The position numbers were made by a program, and so were the translations under genes. Below are positions 43,110 to 53,410 of a stretch of 64,000 nt of DNA, piece after piece (position 1 is the first letter of the stretch; the number at the start of each line of letters is the position of its first letter). The stretch is taken from the NCBI GenBank assembly GCA_963727505.1, contig CAVSGP010000004.1:768001-832000 (forward strand). Direction: 5' to 3'. Below the pieces are notes generated by a model. The model was not told the DNA's origin and ran no database searches. It was given only the letters and a program-made list of their open reading frames with translations. The DNA is from an uncultured Trueperaceae bacterium. GTDB lineage: Bacteria > Deinococcota > Deinococci > Deinococcales > Trueperaceae.

Positions 43110-44762
43110 GTGTCGTTGCTGGACGGGAAATACGAGATCATCAGCCAGACCATGGTGGGTCGGGGCCGGACGCTCATCGAGGCCACGGCACCCGATGGAA
43201 CCCTGGTCCGGATCGAGTGGTTCGAGCTCGAGCCCGTCAAGGAACATGCCTTCGAGCGCTACCGCCGCCTGCTGAAGCGCCTCAAGCGCGAAGGCAAGGC
43301 CGCTGTGTACGACGTGATCTCTCGCCCGGGCGCGCACTACGTGGCCTGGGAGAGCGCCGGCGACGGCCTGCCGCAGGCCCATGACGCCGCCATCGACGCC
43401 GCCCTTCAGGAGGACGGTTTCGACACCGGCTCCGCCGACGTCCGACGCAACGGCCGCACCACCCGGCTCTACGGTCTCACCTGGGACGGCGGCACCCCGG
43501 TGCAGCAGCACCACGTGGAGCCCGAGCCCACCCCGCGGCGGGGTGCTTGGCGCCCGGCCCTTCCCGAGCGGTTCGCGCCCTGGGCTGTCGCGCTCTTGCT
43601 CATGGTCGCGTCGGTCGCGCTGCTGGCGGGGGGCTTCCTGCGACGTACCAACAACCGCACGGTGCAGGTCCCCGACGTGGTCGGGCAGAACATCAACGAC
43701 GCTCAGCGTGCACTGGCGCGGCTCGACCTCAAACCCGACCCCACCCCGCTTGAGTCGTCGAGTGCGGCGGGGACGGTGCTCTCGGTGCAACCCGCAGCGG
43801 GCACCGCGTTGCGCCCCGGGCGCACGGTGCAACTGAGCTACGCCCTGCCGCAAGGGCAGCTCGCCAGCACGCAGGTCCCGCAACTGGTCGGGCAGAGCTA
43901 CCCGGACCAGGTGACGGCCGCCCTGCAGAAGGCGGGGCTCGAACTGGGGACGATCGCCCGCATCCACGCCTCGACCCCGGCCGGCGTGGTGCTGGCCCAG
44001 TCCGCTCCGAGCGCCTCGAAGCTGGCACACGGCCAGCCCGTGGATGTGCTGGTCAGCCTCGGCCCCTTGCCGCAGCAGACCTTCCTGCCGAACCTGGTCG
44101 GATTATCCGTCGACGACGCGCGCTACCTGGCGGGCGTCGCCGGCCTCACCCCGGACCAGATCCTGGAGGACAAGGTGAATGCCCCGGACGGCTACCCCGG
44201 CGAGGTCTTGAGCCAGTCGCTGGCGCCCCACCTGTCCGAACCCGTGGACGAGTCGATCCTGCGGCTGGTGGTGCAGCAGGGCATCCCGACCTCCGGCCAA
44301 CAGGCGGCGAGCGTGCCCTCGGTGGTCGGAATGCCCCTCGACCAGGCCGAGGCGGCGGCGGCGGGCTACACCGTCACGACGACCACCGTCGAGTCGCCGC
44401 TGCTCCCCGAAGGCGTCGTGCTGCAGACGCCGGCACCGGGCGCCGATCCAGGCGACCGTACGCTGGCGCTCACCGTCAACGTGCACCCCGTCCCGCTCGG
44501 GGACCCCGGCGCCTTCGCCACGGTGAAACAACCGTCGTTGCGGCACGTCCCGTACGCCTGGAACATCCAACCCGGCATCTCCCAGCAGGTGGCGATGGTC
44601 TACGCCCGTCCCCTGAACGGCCAGCGCACCCTCGTCAACCGCACCACGGTGCAGGGCGGCGAGCAGTTGCAGGGCACCTGGCTCACCACCTACCCCGGCC
44701 CGGTCACCTTCACGCTCGAGCTCAACGGCCAACCCTACGGCTCCCCCCTGTTCGTTCCCTGA
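43110..44762 (+). CDS. PASTA-domain membrane protein
   Basis: One TM segment followed by about four PASTA repeats (VPDVVG, VPQLVG, LPNLVG, VPSVVG). Confidence 0.85.
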   Translation: MSLLDGKYEIISQTMVGRGRTLIEATAPDGTLVRIEWFELEPVKEHAFERYRRLLKRLKREGKAAVYDVISRPGAHYVAWESAGDGLPQAHDAAIDAALQEDGFDTGSADVRRNGRTTRLYGLTWDGGTPVQQHHVEPEPTPRRGAWRPALPERFAPWAVALLLMVASVALLAGGFLRRTNNRTVQVPDVVGQNINDAQRALARLDLKPDPTPLESSSAAGTVLSVQPAAGTALRPGRTVQLSYALPQGQLASTQVPQLVGQSYPDQVTAALQKAGLELGTIARIHASTPAGVVLAQSAPSASKLAHGQPVDVLVSLGPLPQQTFLPNLVGLSVDDARYLAGVAGLTPDQILEDKVNAPDGYPGEVLSQSLAPHLSEPVDESILRLVVQQGIPTSGQQAASVPSVVGMPLDQAEAAAAGYTVTTTTVESPLLPEGVVLQTPAPGADPGDRTLALTVNVHPVPLGDPGAFATVKQPSLRHVPYAWNIQPGISQQVAMVYARPLNGQRTLVNRTTVQGGEQLQGTWLTTYPGPVTFTLELNGQPYGSPLFVP

Positions 44763-44875
44763 AGCCGGCGGCGGAGGGCGATTGTTGCCCGGAGCGGCCT
44801 TCGGCAGGGCAAGGACGCGGTAGAGTATCGGCCGGCCCGCGGACCCGCGCCCGCTCAACGTCTCCGGAGGGGAAC

Positions 44876-46639
44876 GTGCTGCAGACGATTCGCGACCTCT
44901 CGCGCCACGTGCGCAATCACGCCCGGGCCTATCTCCTGGGCGTAGCCATGATGATCGTCAACGCGTTCTTCACGACGCTGACGCCGATCATCCCGGGCAT
45001 GGCCATCGACGCCCTGAAGCAGGGGTCCATGACCATGGAGCGGATGTGGCTCTTCGTCGCGGCCCTGCTCGGCACCGCCCTGGCCGGCGGCCTCTCCATG
45101 ATCATCGTGCGACGCTCCCTGCTGGCTTCCAGCTGGGAGATCCAGTTCGACGTGCGCCGCGATCTCTTCCGGCACTTCGCCAGACTCGACAGCGCCTACT
45201 ACGACAACCACCGCGTCGGGGACCTGATGGCGCGCCTGACAGCCGACCTCAACGCGGTGCGCATGTTCGTCGGGGTGGGCGCCTTCCAGGCCATCAACAC
45301 GACGCTGCTGCTGGCGTTCACGGTGACGCGGATGTTCCGCTTGAGCCCCAGTCTCACGCTCATGATGCTGGGGATCATGCCCGTCATCTCGCTGACCTTC
45401 TTCGTGTTCATGCGCATCATCCACCGGCGCTACCAGAAGGTGCAGGAGCAGTTCAGCGAGGTCTCCGCGATGGCGCAGGAGAACTTCGACGGCATGCGCG
45501 TGGTGAAGGGCTTCGGCATCGAGAGCCGGCACCTCGGCACCTTCCGCCGCCTCAACGACGAGTACATCCGCCGCTATCTCTCCCTGAGCCGCGTCGACGG
45601 CCCCCTCGACCCCATGATGGAGACGCTGTTCGGGATCGCCGTGACGCTGCTGCTGCTGGTCGGCGGACGCTACGTGCTAGGCGTAGGCGGCAACCTGACC
45701 ATCGGCCAGTTCTCGAGCTTCGTGTTCCTTTTCAACGGCATCCAGTGGCCGCTCATCGCACTGGGCTGGATCGCCAACCTGGCACAGCGCGGGTCCACCT
45801 CCTGGCACCGGCTGCGCGAGATCCTCGACAGCGAACCCGCCATCCAGGACGGTCCCGAGACCGACTACGGCCTGCGCCGGATCCGCGGTGAGATCGAGTT
45901 CCGCGACGTCAGCGTGGCTTTCGACGGACTTCCGGCACTGGAGAGCGTCAGCTTCCACATCCGTCCCGGCGAGAGCATCGGCATCACCGGCCGGACGGGT
46001 GCCGGCAAGACCTTGATCGCCAGCCTCGTGGGGCGCGTGCTCGACCCCGACTCCGGCCAGATCCTGCTCGACGGCATCGACGTCAAGCGCTACCCGGTGG
46101 CGGTGGTGCGGCGCTTCATCGGCCTGGTACCGCAGGAGCCCTTCCTGTTCAGCGACACCATCGCCGAGAACATCGCCTACGGCGTGCCGGAGACCGACGT
46201 CGAGCGCATGATGCCGGAAGTGGAGCGCGCGGCCGCCCTGGCGCAGCTCGCCGAGGACGTGGAAGGCTTCCCGCTGGGCTACGAGACGCCGCTGGGCGAG
46301 CGGGGCGTCACGCTGTCCGGCGGTCAGCGCCAGCGCACCGCCATCGCCCGCGCCATCGTGCGCGACCCCCCGGTCCTGATCTTCGACGACGCCCTGTCGG
46401 CGGTCGACACGCAGACCGAAGCGCGCATCCTGGAGGGGCTCGAGCAGGTCCAGCGCGGCCGCACCACGCTCATCGTGGCGCACCGCATCAGCGCCTTCCA
46501 GCACTGCGACCGCGTACTCGTGCTCGATCGCGGCCGCATCACCGAGGAGGGCACCCATGAGGACCTCCTCGCCGAGGACGGCTGGTACGCCGACATGCAC
46601 CGCCGCCAGCAGCTCGAAGCCGATCTGGAGGCCGCATGA
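44876..46639 (+). CDS. heterodimeric ABC exporter subunit (TMD-NBD, degenerate Walker B)
   Basis: GRTGAGKT, LSGGQ, IFDDALS (Asp replaces the catalytic Glu). Confidence 0.93.
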   Translation: MLQTIRDLSRHVRNHARAYLLGVAMMIVNAFFTTLTPIIPGMAIDALKQGSMTMERMWLFVAALLGTALAGGLSMIIVRRSLLASSWEIQFDVRRDLFRHFARLDSAYYDNHRVGDLMARLTADLNAVRMFVGVGAFQAINTTLLLAFTVTRMFRLSPSLTLMMLGIMPVISLTFFVFMRIIHRRYQKVQEQFSEVSAMAQENFDGMRVVKGFGIESRHLGTFRRLNDEYIRRYLSLSRVDGPLDPMMETLFGIAVTLLLLVGGRYVLGVGGNLTIGQFSSFVFLFNGIQWPLIALGWIANLAQRGSTSWHRLREILDSEPAIQDGPETDYGLRRIRGEIEFRDVSVAFDGLPALESVSFHIRPGESIGITGRTGAGKTLIASLVGRVLDPDSGQILLDGIDVKRYPVAVVRRFIGLVPQEPFLFSDTIAENIAYGVPETDVERMMPEVERAAALAQLAEDVEGFPLGYETPLGERGVTLSGGQRQRTAIARAIVRDPPVLIFDDALSAVDTQTEARILEGLEQVQRGRTTLIVAHRISAFQHCDRVLVLDRGRITEEGTHEDLLAEDGWYADMHRRQQLEADLEAA

Positions 46640-48603
46640 TGGATGCCGCCGAACGTCTCGGCGCGCCCCGCGCCGTGACGGACATGGACCTGCCTGACTA
46701 CTCGGTCGAGGAGGCGAAGGCGGAGTTCCGGCGGCTGCGTCGCAGCCGCCGCGGCCGCATGCGCGAGGAGAGCAGGCTCGACGAGGACGGCGAGGCCTTC
46801 GAGAAGTCCTTCGACTGGCAGATCATGGGCCGGCTCATGGCCTACCTGAAGCCCTACCGGCTGCAGCTCGGCGTGGCCATCGGCCTGCTGCTGGCCTACA
46901 GCGCCGTGACGCCCGCCTTCCCGACGTTGCTGGCCATGGCCGTCGACCGTTACATCATCGCCGACAAGGCGCCCTTCAGCGGCCTCAGCATGGACCAGCG
47001 GCTGCACGGGCTCACCGTCATCGTGCTGATCTACCTGGGGCTGCGCCTGGTCAACTTCGGCTTGCGCTACGGCTACACCTACCTGGTGGACTGGCTCGGC
47101 CAACACATCATCTACGACATCCGCGGCGAGATCTTCGCCAAGATCCAGCGGCTGCACATGGGCTTCTTCGATCGCACCCCCGTCGGCCGCCTCATCACGC
47201 GCATCACCAGCGACGTCGACGCGGTGCAGACCATGATGACCGACGGCGTGGTGGGCCTGATCGCCGACATCGGCATGGTGACGGGGCTGCTGGTGTACAT
47301 GTTCAGCATCAACTGGCGCCTGGCGCTCATCACGCTGACCGTCATGCCGGTGTTGTTCCTGGTGCTCAACCTGCTCAGGCGCCGCATCCGCGACGCCTAC
47401 CGGGCGGTACGGCTGCGCACCTCGCGCTCCAACGCCTACCTGGCGGAGAACCTGGGGGGCATGCGCACGGTGCAGCTGTTCAACCGCGAGGCCCGCAACG
47501 AACGCAGCTTCGACCGCATCAACCTGGGCCTGCTCGACGCCTACTCCGAGCAGATCCGCTGGTTCAGCCTGTTCTGGCCCACCGTCAGCATCCTGTCGGC
47601 GGTATCGATGGCGATGATCCTGTACTACGGCGCCCTCGAGATCGTCGGGCCGGGTCTCTCCAACACCGTCACCATCGGGGTGCTGGTCGCCTACATCCAG
47701 TTCTCCAACATGTTCTTCCGCCCGCTCCAGGACCTGTCGGACAAGTTCAACATCATGCAGGCGGCGATGGCCTCCTCGGAACGCATCTTCGGGCTGCTCG
47801 ACACCCCCGAGCAGATCGGTGACCGGGCGGACGCCGCCCCCTTCGAGACCGCCTTCCGCGGCGAGGTCGCCTTCGATCACGTCCACTTCGCCTACAACGC
47901 CGAGGATTGGGTGCTGCGCGACGTCAACTTCACCATCAGGCCGGGGGAGTCCGTCGCGTTCGTGGGCCATACCGGCGCCGGCAAGACCACCATCATCAGC
48001 CTCATCAGTCGCTTCTACGACGTCCAGCGGGGAGCGGTCCGCATCGACGGTCGCGACGTGCGCGACTACGACCAGATCGAGCTGCGGCGCCACGTGGGCA
48101 TCGTGCTGCAGGACCCGTTCCTGTTCAGCGGCACGGTGCGCAGCAACATCACGCTGGGCGACGACAGCATCCCGCAAGAGCAGGTCGAGCAGGCCGCCCG
48201 CTTCGTCAACGCCCACGACTTCATCGCGCGGCTCCCCGGCGGCTACGACACCGCGGTGCGCGAGCGGGGCGCCGGCTTCTCGACCGGCCAGAAGCAGCTC
48301 ATCGCCTTCGCGCGGGCGCTGGTGCAGAACCCCGACATCCTGCTGGTGCTCGACGAGGCCACCGCCAATGTCGACACCGAGACCGAGGAGCTCATCCAGG
48401 ACGCACTCCAGAAGCTCATGCAGGGGCGCACCAGCATCATCATCGCGCACCGGCTCTCCACCATCCAGAACGTGGACCGCATCCTGGTGATGCGCAAGGG
48501 CAAGCTCATCGAGGAAGGCAGCCACGCCGAGCTGCTCCAGGAGGACGGCTACTACCGCAAGCTCTACGAGCTGCAGTTCCAGGAGCGCCCGGACCCGAGC
48601 TGA
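46636..48603 (+). CDS. heterodimeric ABC exporter subunit (TMD-NBD, degenerate signature)
   Basis: GHTGAGKT, FSTGQKQ, LDEATAN. The complementary degeneracy matches TmrAB-type pairs. Confidence 0.93.
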   Translation: MMDAAERLGAPRAVTDMDLPDYSVEEAKAEFRRLRRSRRGRMREESRLDEDGEAFEKSFDWQIMGRLMAYLKPYRLQLGVAIGLLLAYSAVTPAFPTLLAMAVDRYIIADKAPFSGLSMDQRLHGLTVIVLIYLGLRLVNFGLRYGYTYLVDWLGQHIIYDIRGEIFAKIQRLHMGFFDRTPVGRLITRITSDVDAVQTMMTDGVVGLIADIGMVTGLLVYMFSINWRLALITLTVMPVLFLVLNLLRRRIRDAYRAVRLRTSRSNAYLAENLGGMRTVQLFNREARNERSFDRINLGLLDAYSEQIRWFSLFWPTVSILSAVSMAMILYYGALEIVGPGLSNTVTIGVLVAYIQFSNMFFRPLQDLSDKFNIMQAAMASSERIFGLLDTPEQIGDRADAAPFETAFRGEVAFDHVHFAYNAEDWVLRDVNFTIRPGESVAFVGHTGAGKTTIISLISRFYDVQRGAVRIDGRDVRDYDQIELRRHVGIVLQDPFLFSGTVRSNITLGDDSIPQEQVEQAARFVNAHDFIARLPGGYDTAVRERGAGFSTGQKQLIAFARALVQNPDILLVLDEATANVDTETEELIQDALQKLMQGRTSIIIAHRLSTIQNVDRILVMRKGKLIEEGSHAELLQEDGYYRKLYELQFQERPDPS

Positions 48604-48757
48604 CGGACGGCGCCCCTGGGACGGCCGTCCCTTGTCGCGGCCCGGAATCCGGCGCCATGCTGCCCCCGGCCGCCGGGCCCGCCACGCAGAGGGTGCGCGG
48701 CGTCGGCGCCCGCGGCGGCTTCGACGTCAGCTACCGCTCCGAACCCGCCGCGGGCGG

Positions 48758-49561
48758 TTAGAGCCCGGCGAAGAGGTCGTCGACGGGAGGCTCCGGGAAG
48801 GCGCCGCGAGCGCCGCCCAGCGTGAACGTCTCGTGGCCCATGAAGGCGCGCCAGCCCTCCTCGTCGCCCGAGGCGCCCGCGAAGCTGGAGCGCGGCCCCA
48901 CCTGGCTGCGGTGCGCGCGGATGGCGCGCTCCTTGGCCTCCACCCACACCGACACGTCGAGCACGGCCGCGAACGAGTCCTCGCTGACGCCGTAGAGGCC
49001 GGGGTCGAGCCGGGCCATGGGGCCCTCGTTGCGGCTCTCCTGCATCCGGCGCATCCGATCGACCGAGATGGCGTTGTAGAACAGACGCCGCGGAGGGGCC
49101 TTCGTGACGCCACCGGCCGACCAGAAGGCGGCGGTGGCAGCACGCTGGATGCGGATGTGGTCGATGTGGCCGTAGGCCCCGTGCGGATCGAAGGTGAGCA
49201 TCACCTGGGGCTCGAGCTCGGCGATGAGCGGCCGCAGCACCGCCTCGAGGTCGAACTCGTCGACGTTCATGAGCGCCCTGGGATCGTCGTAGCGGGTGCG
49301 TTCCTGACGCCCGGAGTCGTGATAGTCGAGGAAGATGGGCTCCTCGATCCCGAGGGCGCGGCAGGCTTCACGCAACTCGGCCTCCCGCAGTACTCCCACG
49401 TCGACGTCGGGATCGATGTCGGGATCGGTGATCTTGCCCGATTCCCCGCGCGTGGCGCAGATGAGGCGGACGTCGAGCCCCGCCGCGGCGTAGCGGGCGA
49501 GCGTGCCGCCGGTGCCGAACGCTTCGTCGTCGGGGTGGGCGTAGACAGCGAGCAGCGTCAT
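48758..49561 (-). CDS. PIG-L/LmbE family deacetylase
   Basis: AHPDDE, TRGE, REAEL, YGHIDH and AHRSQ motifs. Confidence 0.92.
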   Translation of the reverse strand: MTLLAVYAHPDDEAFGTGGTLARYAAAGLDVRLICATRGESGKITDPDIDPDVDVGVLREAELREACRALGIEEPIFLDYHDSGRQERTRYDDPRALMNVDEFDLEAVLRPLIAELEPQVMLTFDPHGAYGHIDHIRIQRAATAAFWSAGGVTKAPPRRLFYNAISVDRMRRMQESRNEGPMARLDPGLYGVSEDSFAAVLDVSVWVEAKERAIRAHRSQVGPRSSFAGASGDEEGWRAFMGHETFTLGGARGAFPEPPVDDLFAGL

Positions 49562-49691
49562 GTCATCATCCTACGTCGCTGACGCGCGGCGGCCGGTCGC
49601 GCATGGATCGGCGTCGCGACCGCTCGCCGACCCCCTCACAATCCTCACGCCACCCTCAAGTCCACCTCAGGGGTCGGCGCTACGGTTGGAG

Positions 49692-49777
49692 GTGCAGGGC
49701 GACGTCGTAACACCTCCTAGACACACGTGACCCCTCCACGAAAGGCCGGACCGCCCTCTCCGGCCTTTCATTTTTTT
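49692..49777 (+). ncRNA. candidate small RNA (or leaderless 12-codon ORF)
   Basis: TACGGT -10 at 49681; C-rich motifs; strong + strand terminator with no + strand CDS upstream. Confidence 0.5.
49740..49777 (+). terminator. intrinsic terminator
   Basis: GAAAGGCCGGA-loop-TCCGGCCTTTC followed by ATTTTTTT. Confidence 0.85.
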
Positions 49778-49782
49778 GGTCC

Positions 49783-50331
49783 CTACTGCTTCAGGACCTT
49801 GACACGGTAGAAGAACGGCAGCTCCTGGCCGGGCTCCATGGGAGCGAGCACGGTCCAGCGCACCGTGGTGTAGCTCGTCGGCTCGGCCACCTTGCGCGCA
49901 CCACCGCTTCCCACCAGCACCGGCGGCTTGGAGAAGGCCTTGCCGCCGTCGGCGGAGAACTCCGTCAACAGGCTGTCGGACGATGGGGTCGCGGAGTTGG
50001 GGACGTACTCCATGCCGTCGGGAACGGGGCTGGTGATCTGCACCACGCCAGCGGGGAGGGTCGTGTCGGACGCGTTCTTGGCGAAGAGCCGGTACTCCAC
50101 GATCTGGCCGGGGCGAGCCGTGTCCGCCTTGCTCAGCTTCTCGCCCTTCGAGCCGTCACTCTTGGTGACCTCGCTGACGACGTAGATCTCGGTACGGATC
50201 TGGACCGGGTTGCTGGTCGCCGACGTGCTGCCGCCGGACTGCGGGCCGGAGTCCTGCGCCAACGCCAGCCCCAGCGGCAGGAGGGCGAAGAGCGCGGCTC
50301 CGAGGAGGAGAGCTTTCCGTCGTGATCTCAT
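49783..50331 (-). CDS. exported DUF11/conserved-repeat-domain-like protein
   Basis: Signal peptide; ARPGQIVEYRL, PVPDGMEYVPNSA, FSADGG and YTTVRW motifs. Confidence 0.75.
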   Translation of the reverse strand: MRSRRKALLLGAALFALLPLGLALAQDSGPQSGGSTSATSNPVQIRTEIYVVSEVTKSDGSKGEKLSKADTARPGQIVEYRLFAKNASDTTLPAGVVQITSPVPDGMEYVPNSATPSSDSLLTEFSADGGKAFSKPPVLVGSGGARKVAEPTSYTTVRWTVLAPMEPGQELPFFYRVKVLKQ

Positions 50332-50405
50332 CGGCTCACACTACCAGGACAGCATGACGGGCTCTTGAAAGCTCGCTGAAGGTTCGACCAAGGCCGCGCG
50401 CGTCG

Positions 50406-51566
50406 TCAGCGACTCTGCTGGGCCGGTCCGGCCTGGCTGCTCCCGGGCGCGGCGGCGCCGCTTCCGCCCGGGGACGAGCCTGCGAACGTGACGTAGGGCT
50501 CCGCTTCGGCAACGCCGTTCCGGGCGGCCGCCCGGAACCACCGCAGCGCCTGCGGGAAGTCCTGGGACACGCCGGTGCCGTGGAACAGCGCCAGGGCGTA
50601 CTGGAACTGCGCTGGACCGTACCCTTCCTCGGCCGCCTGCTGAAACTGCGCCGCCGCCTGGCCCGGATCACGCGGCACGCCCATCCCCCGCAAGTAGAGC
50701 TTGCCGAGCGCCACCTGCGCCTGGGGATAGCTCTGGTTCGCGGCCAGGCGGTACCAGGCGGCCGCATCGTGGTTGCTCCAGGCGCGTCCCTGACCGTTCT
50801 CGGCCATGTAGCCCAGCATGTACTGGGCACGCGGGTCGCCCGCCTGCGCCAACGGCGTCCACAGGCGCCGCGCATCGACGAAGTCGCCGTCGTTGTACGC
50901 ACGCATGCCGGCCGCCACGCTGCCGGAGGCACGCGCGCGGCCGCTCTCCATCCCGTTGATCGCCTGCAATGCCAGCAACAACACGAGCGAGGCCGCGAAG
51001 CCGATGAGCAGGTAGCCCCGCAGACCCAGCGTGCGGGACGGCGGACGCCTGTTCGCAGGAGGCGTCGCCGGTGGCGGGCCGGACCCCTTCGGGCGGCCAG
51101 GCTCGCGATCGTCGGGGTCGAGCGCGCTCCCTTCCCCTCGGGCCAGCGCAGCGATGTCGGGCTCCTCGTGGGGCGAGGGTACCCAGCGCGTGGACGACAG
51201 GAACAGGGTCGAGGGGGTCGCCTGCTCGGCACGCTCCCGACCCGGAAGCACGCTCCCTTCGGCGACGTCGGTCGAGGGGTTCGACGACGAGGGGCTCGAC
51301 GGCACCCGGCCCGCTGCGTCGGCGCCACGGACCGACACGGCCACCCCCGCCTCGGCGAAGGCCCTCGCGATCAGATCGGCCTTCTCCTGCAGGACAGGCT
51401 TGGTCACGGGCCCGGTGCGACCGTCGAGAAGCTTGCGCAGGCGGGCCGGATCCATGCCGAAGCGTGCGGCGATCGTGGCAGCGACATCCCCCACCACATC
51501 GCCGGGCACCGGCTCCCTGACCTCGACAACGAACCGATTCTCCGGCACGGCTCCCTCCCGCGACAT
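50406..51566 (-). CDS. membrane-anchored Sel1-repeat protein
   Basis: AQYMLGYM, AQVALGKLYLRGMGV and AQFQYALALFHGTGV repeats after a TM segment. TACAAT lies 6 nt before the ATG. Confidence 0.85.
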   Translation of the reverse strand: MSREGAVPENRFVVEVREPVPGDVVGDVAATIAARFGMDPARLRKLLDGRTGPVTKPVLQEKADLIARAFAEAGVAVSVRGADAAGRVPSSPSSSNPSTDVAEGSVLPGRERAEQATPSTLFLSSTRWVPSPHEEPDIAALARGEGSALDPDDREPGRPKGSGPPPATPPANRRPPSRTLGLRGYLLIGFAASLVLLLALQAINGMESGRARASGSVAAGMRAYNDGDFVDARRLWTPLAQAGDPRAQYMLGYMAENGQGRAWSNHDAAAWYRLAANQSYPQAQVALGKLYLRGMGVPRDPGQAAAQFQQAAEEGYGPAQFQYALALFHGTGVSQDFPQALRWFRAAARNGVAEAEPYVTFAGSSPGGSGAAAPGSSQAGPAQQSR

Positions 51567-51683
51567 CCTCTCATTGTACGCTCGTGCCGTGCCCGCCGCC
51601 GTTCGGAATTCCGCGTCGGGTGGTGCCCCTGCCGCGCACGATGCCGCTGCCCGGCACGACGGCGGTGCTATCGTGGGGCACTC

Positions 51684-52013
51684 ATGAAGCTGCTCCTGAC
51701 GATCGTTCAGGACGCCGACGCCCCGCGTCTGCAAGAGGCCCTCATCAGCGAGGGTCTTCAGTCGACCAAGCTGGCGTCCACCGGCGGGTTCCTCCACGAG
51801 GGCAACACCACGCTGATCATCGGGGTCGACGACGACGCCGTGGACAGCGTGAAGGCGATCATCGCCGCCACCTGCCGGGAGCGCACCAAGATCACCAGCG
51901 CGGCCTCCCCCATCCACGCCCTCGAGGGTGTCTTCGCGAGCCAGCCGATGGAGGTGCCCGTGGGCGGCGCCATCGTCTTCGTCCTGAACGTCGATGCGTT
52001 CGAACGCTTGTGA
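51684..52013 (+). CDS. darA: PII-like cyclic-di-AMP receptor (DarA/PstA family)
   Basis: MKLLLTIVQDAD, TKLASTGGFLHEGNTTLIIG and VGGAIVFV motifs. Confidence 0.9.
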   Translation: MKLLLTIVQDADAPRLQEALISEGLQSTKLASTGGFLHEGNTTLIIGVDDDAVDSVKAIIAATCRERTKITSAASPIHALEGVFASQPMEVPVGGAIVFVLNVDAFERL

Positions 52014-52017
52014 CCGG

Positions 52018-53268
52018 TCACAGCCGCGCGCTCAACGCACGCAGGTCGAGCGCGCGCAACTCCTTGAAGCGGAACGCCAACGCGAGCGCGACGAGGCCGC
52101 TGACAGCCGCCGCCGCGAACAGCGACGGGTACCCGAGGAGCGGCGCGAGCGCGCCGCCGAGCACAGGGGCGAGGCTCGGCAGCGACAGGAAGGTATTCGA
52201 CAGGCCCACGTAGAGCAGCCGCTCCTCTTCGGGCGCCAGCGCGTAGAGCAGGTTCCAGGACGCGATGCCGACGCTGGAGTTGCCGGCAGCCGAGAACACG
52301 AACACGAGAATGAACGCCTTCCAACCGGGCATGAGCAGCGCCGCGACCGGTGCCAGCAGCAGCATCACGACCCCCGCTTGCAGGATGGTCACGTTCCGGG
52401 CGCGGTTGGCAAGTCCCCGGAACAGGAAGTTGGCGCCGATGGACGCGAAGGTCGCGACGATGACGTAGGTCCCGAGTACGCTGGGCGGCGCTCCTAGCAC
52501 CCGGATGGCGTAGACCGCGTAGAAGGGATCGGCCAGCAGGGCCAGCAACCCGAGGACGCGCACCCTCAGGAAGCGACGCAGACTGGGGTCACGCCGCAGC
52601 ACCGCCGGGATGTCCCCCACCATCGATAGGAACGGACGCCGCATGGCCGGCTTGCCAGCCGGCTCGCGTACCAGGCTGAACGACAGGTAGGACACGCCGG
52701 CGAGCACGGTGCCCAACAGGAACACCGTTCCGAAGTCCTCCGGGAAGGGAACGCCGCTGGCCAGGATGTACCGCAGCAGCAAGCCGGCGACCAATGCCAG
52801 GGCGCCTCCGACGGCGTTGCGGAGCGCCCAGAAGGTGCCGAGCCGGTAGTGCGGAACCACCTTCGCCGTGACGTCGGCGAAGGGTACGCCGGTCACCCCG
52901 CCGGCCACTGCGTTGATGGCGATCATCGCCAGCACCACCAGGACGACCAGGCCCGGACGGTGCCCGAGAACGAAGACGGCCGTCGTCATGAGCGCCCAGG
53001 CCGTCAGCCGCACCAGCGACATGCGACGGTACCAGGGCAGCTTGAACGGCTCGTGCGCCAGCCGGTGGGCCACGAAGAGCTGGGGCAGGAACCAGCCGCC
53101 GATGCGCAGCGCCGGTACCAACCCCACCACGGCTGCGGGCGCCCCCAGCGCGGCCAGGAACGGTGCCAGGACCAGCGTGCTGTGGAAGAAGGCCTCGGAG
53201 CCGTTGACGAAGATGCCGTTGTAGACACCCAGCCAGAAATTCCGGTCCGGCGGAGGGGCCTCACGCAT
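52018..53268 (-). CDS. MFS transporter
   Basis: About 12 hydrophobic segments; GWFLPQL motif. TACGAT lies 7 nt before the ATG. Confidence 0.85.
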   Translation of the reverse strand: MREAPPPDRNFWLGVYNGIFVNGSEAFFHSTLVLAPFLAALGAPAAVVGLVPALRIGGWFLPQLFVAHRLAHEPFKLPWYRRMSLVRLTAWALMTTAVFVLGHRPGLVVLVVLAMIAINAVAGGVTGVPFADVTAKVVPHYRLGTFWALRNAVGGALALVAGLLLRYILASGVPFPEDFGTVFLLGTVLAGVSYLSFSLVREPAGKPAMRRPFLSMVGDIPAVLRRDPSLRRFLRVRVLGLLALLADPFYAVYAIRVLGAPPSVLGTYVIVATFASIGANFLFRGLANRARNVTILQAGVVMLLLAPVAALLMPGWKAFILVFVFSAAGNSSVGIASWNLLYALAPEEERLLYVGLSNTFLSLPSLAPVLGGALAPLLGYPSLFAAAAVSGLVALALAFRFKELRALDLRALSARL

Positions 53269-53410
53269 GAGCGCCATCGTACTCCGCAACGCGCCGCGCG
53301 GCAGCGCCCGACGGTCGTCAGGACGGTTGACCCTTGCGGGCGCGCCCTCCCCTGCCGATACTCGTGCCAAAGGGAAAGTCGGCACTGTCCGGATCGACCG
53401 AGGAGGAATG

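Noticed and set aside
44876..48603. Degenerate ABC motifs as a sign of inactivation
   Set aside because: Complementary DD and FSTGQ degeneracy is normal for heterodimeric exporters.
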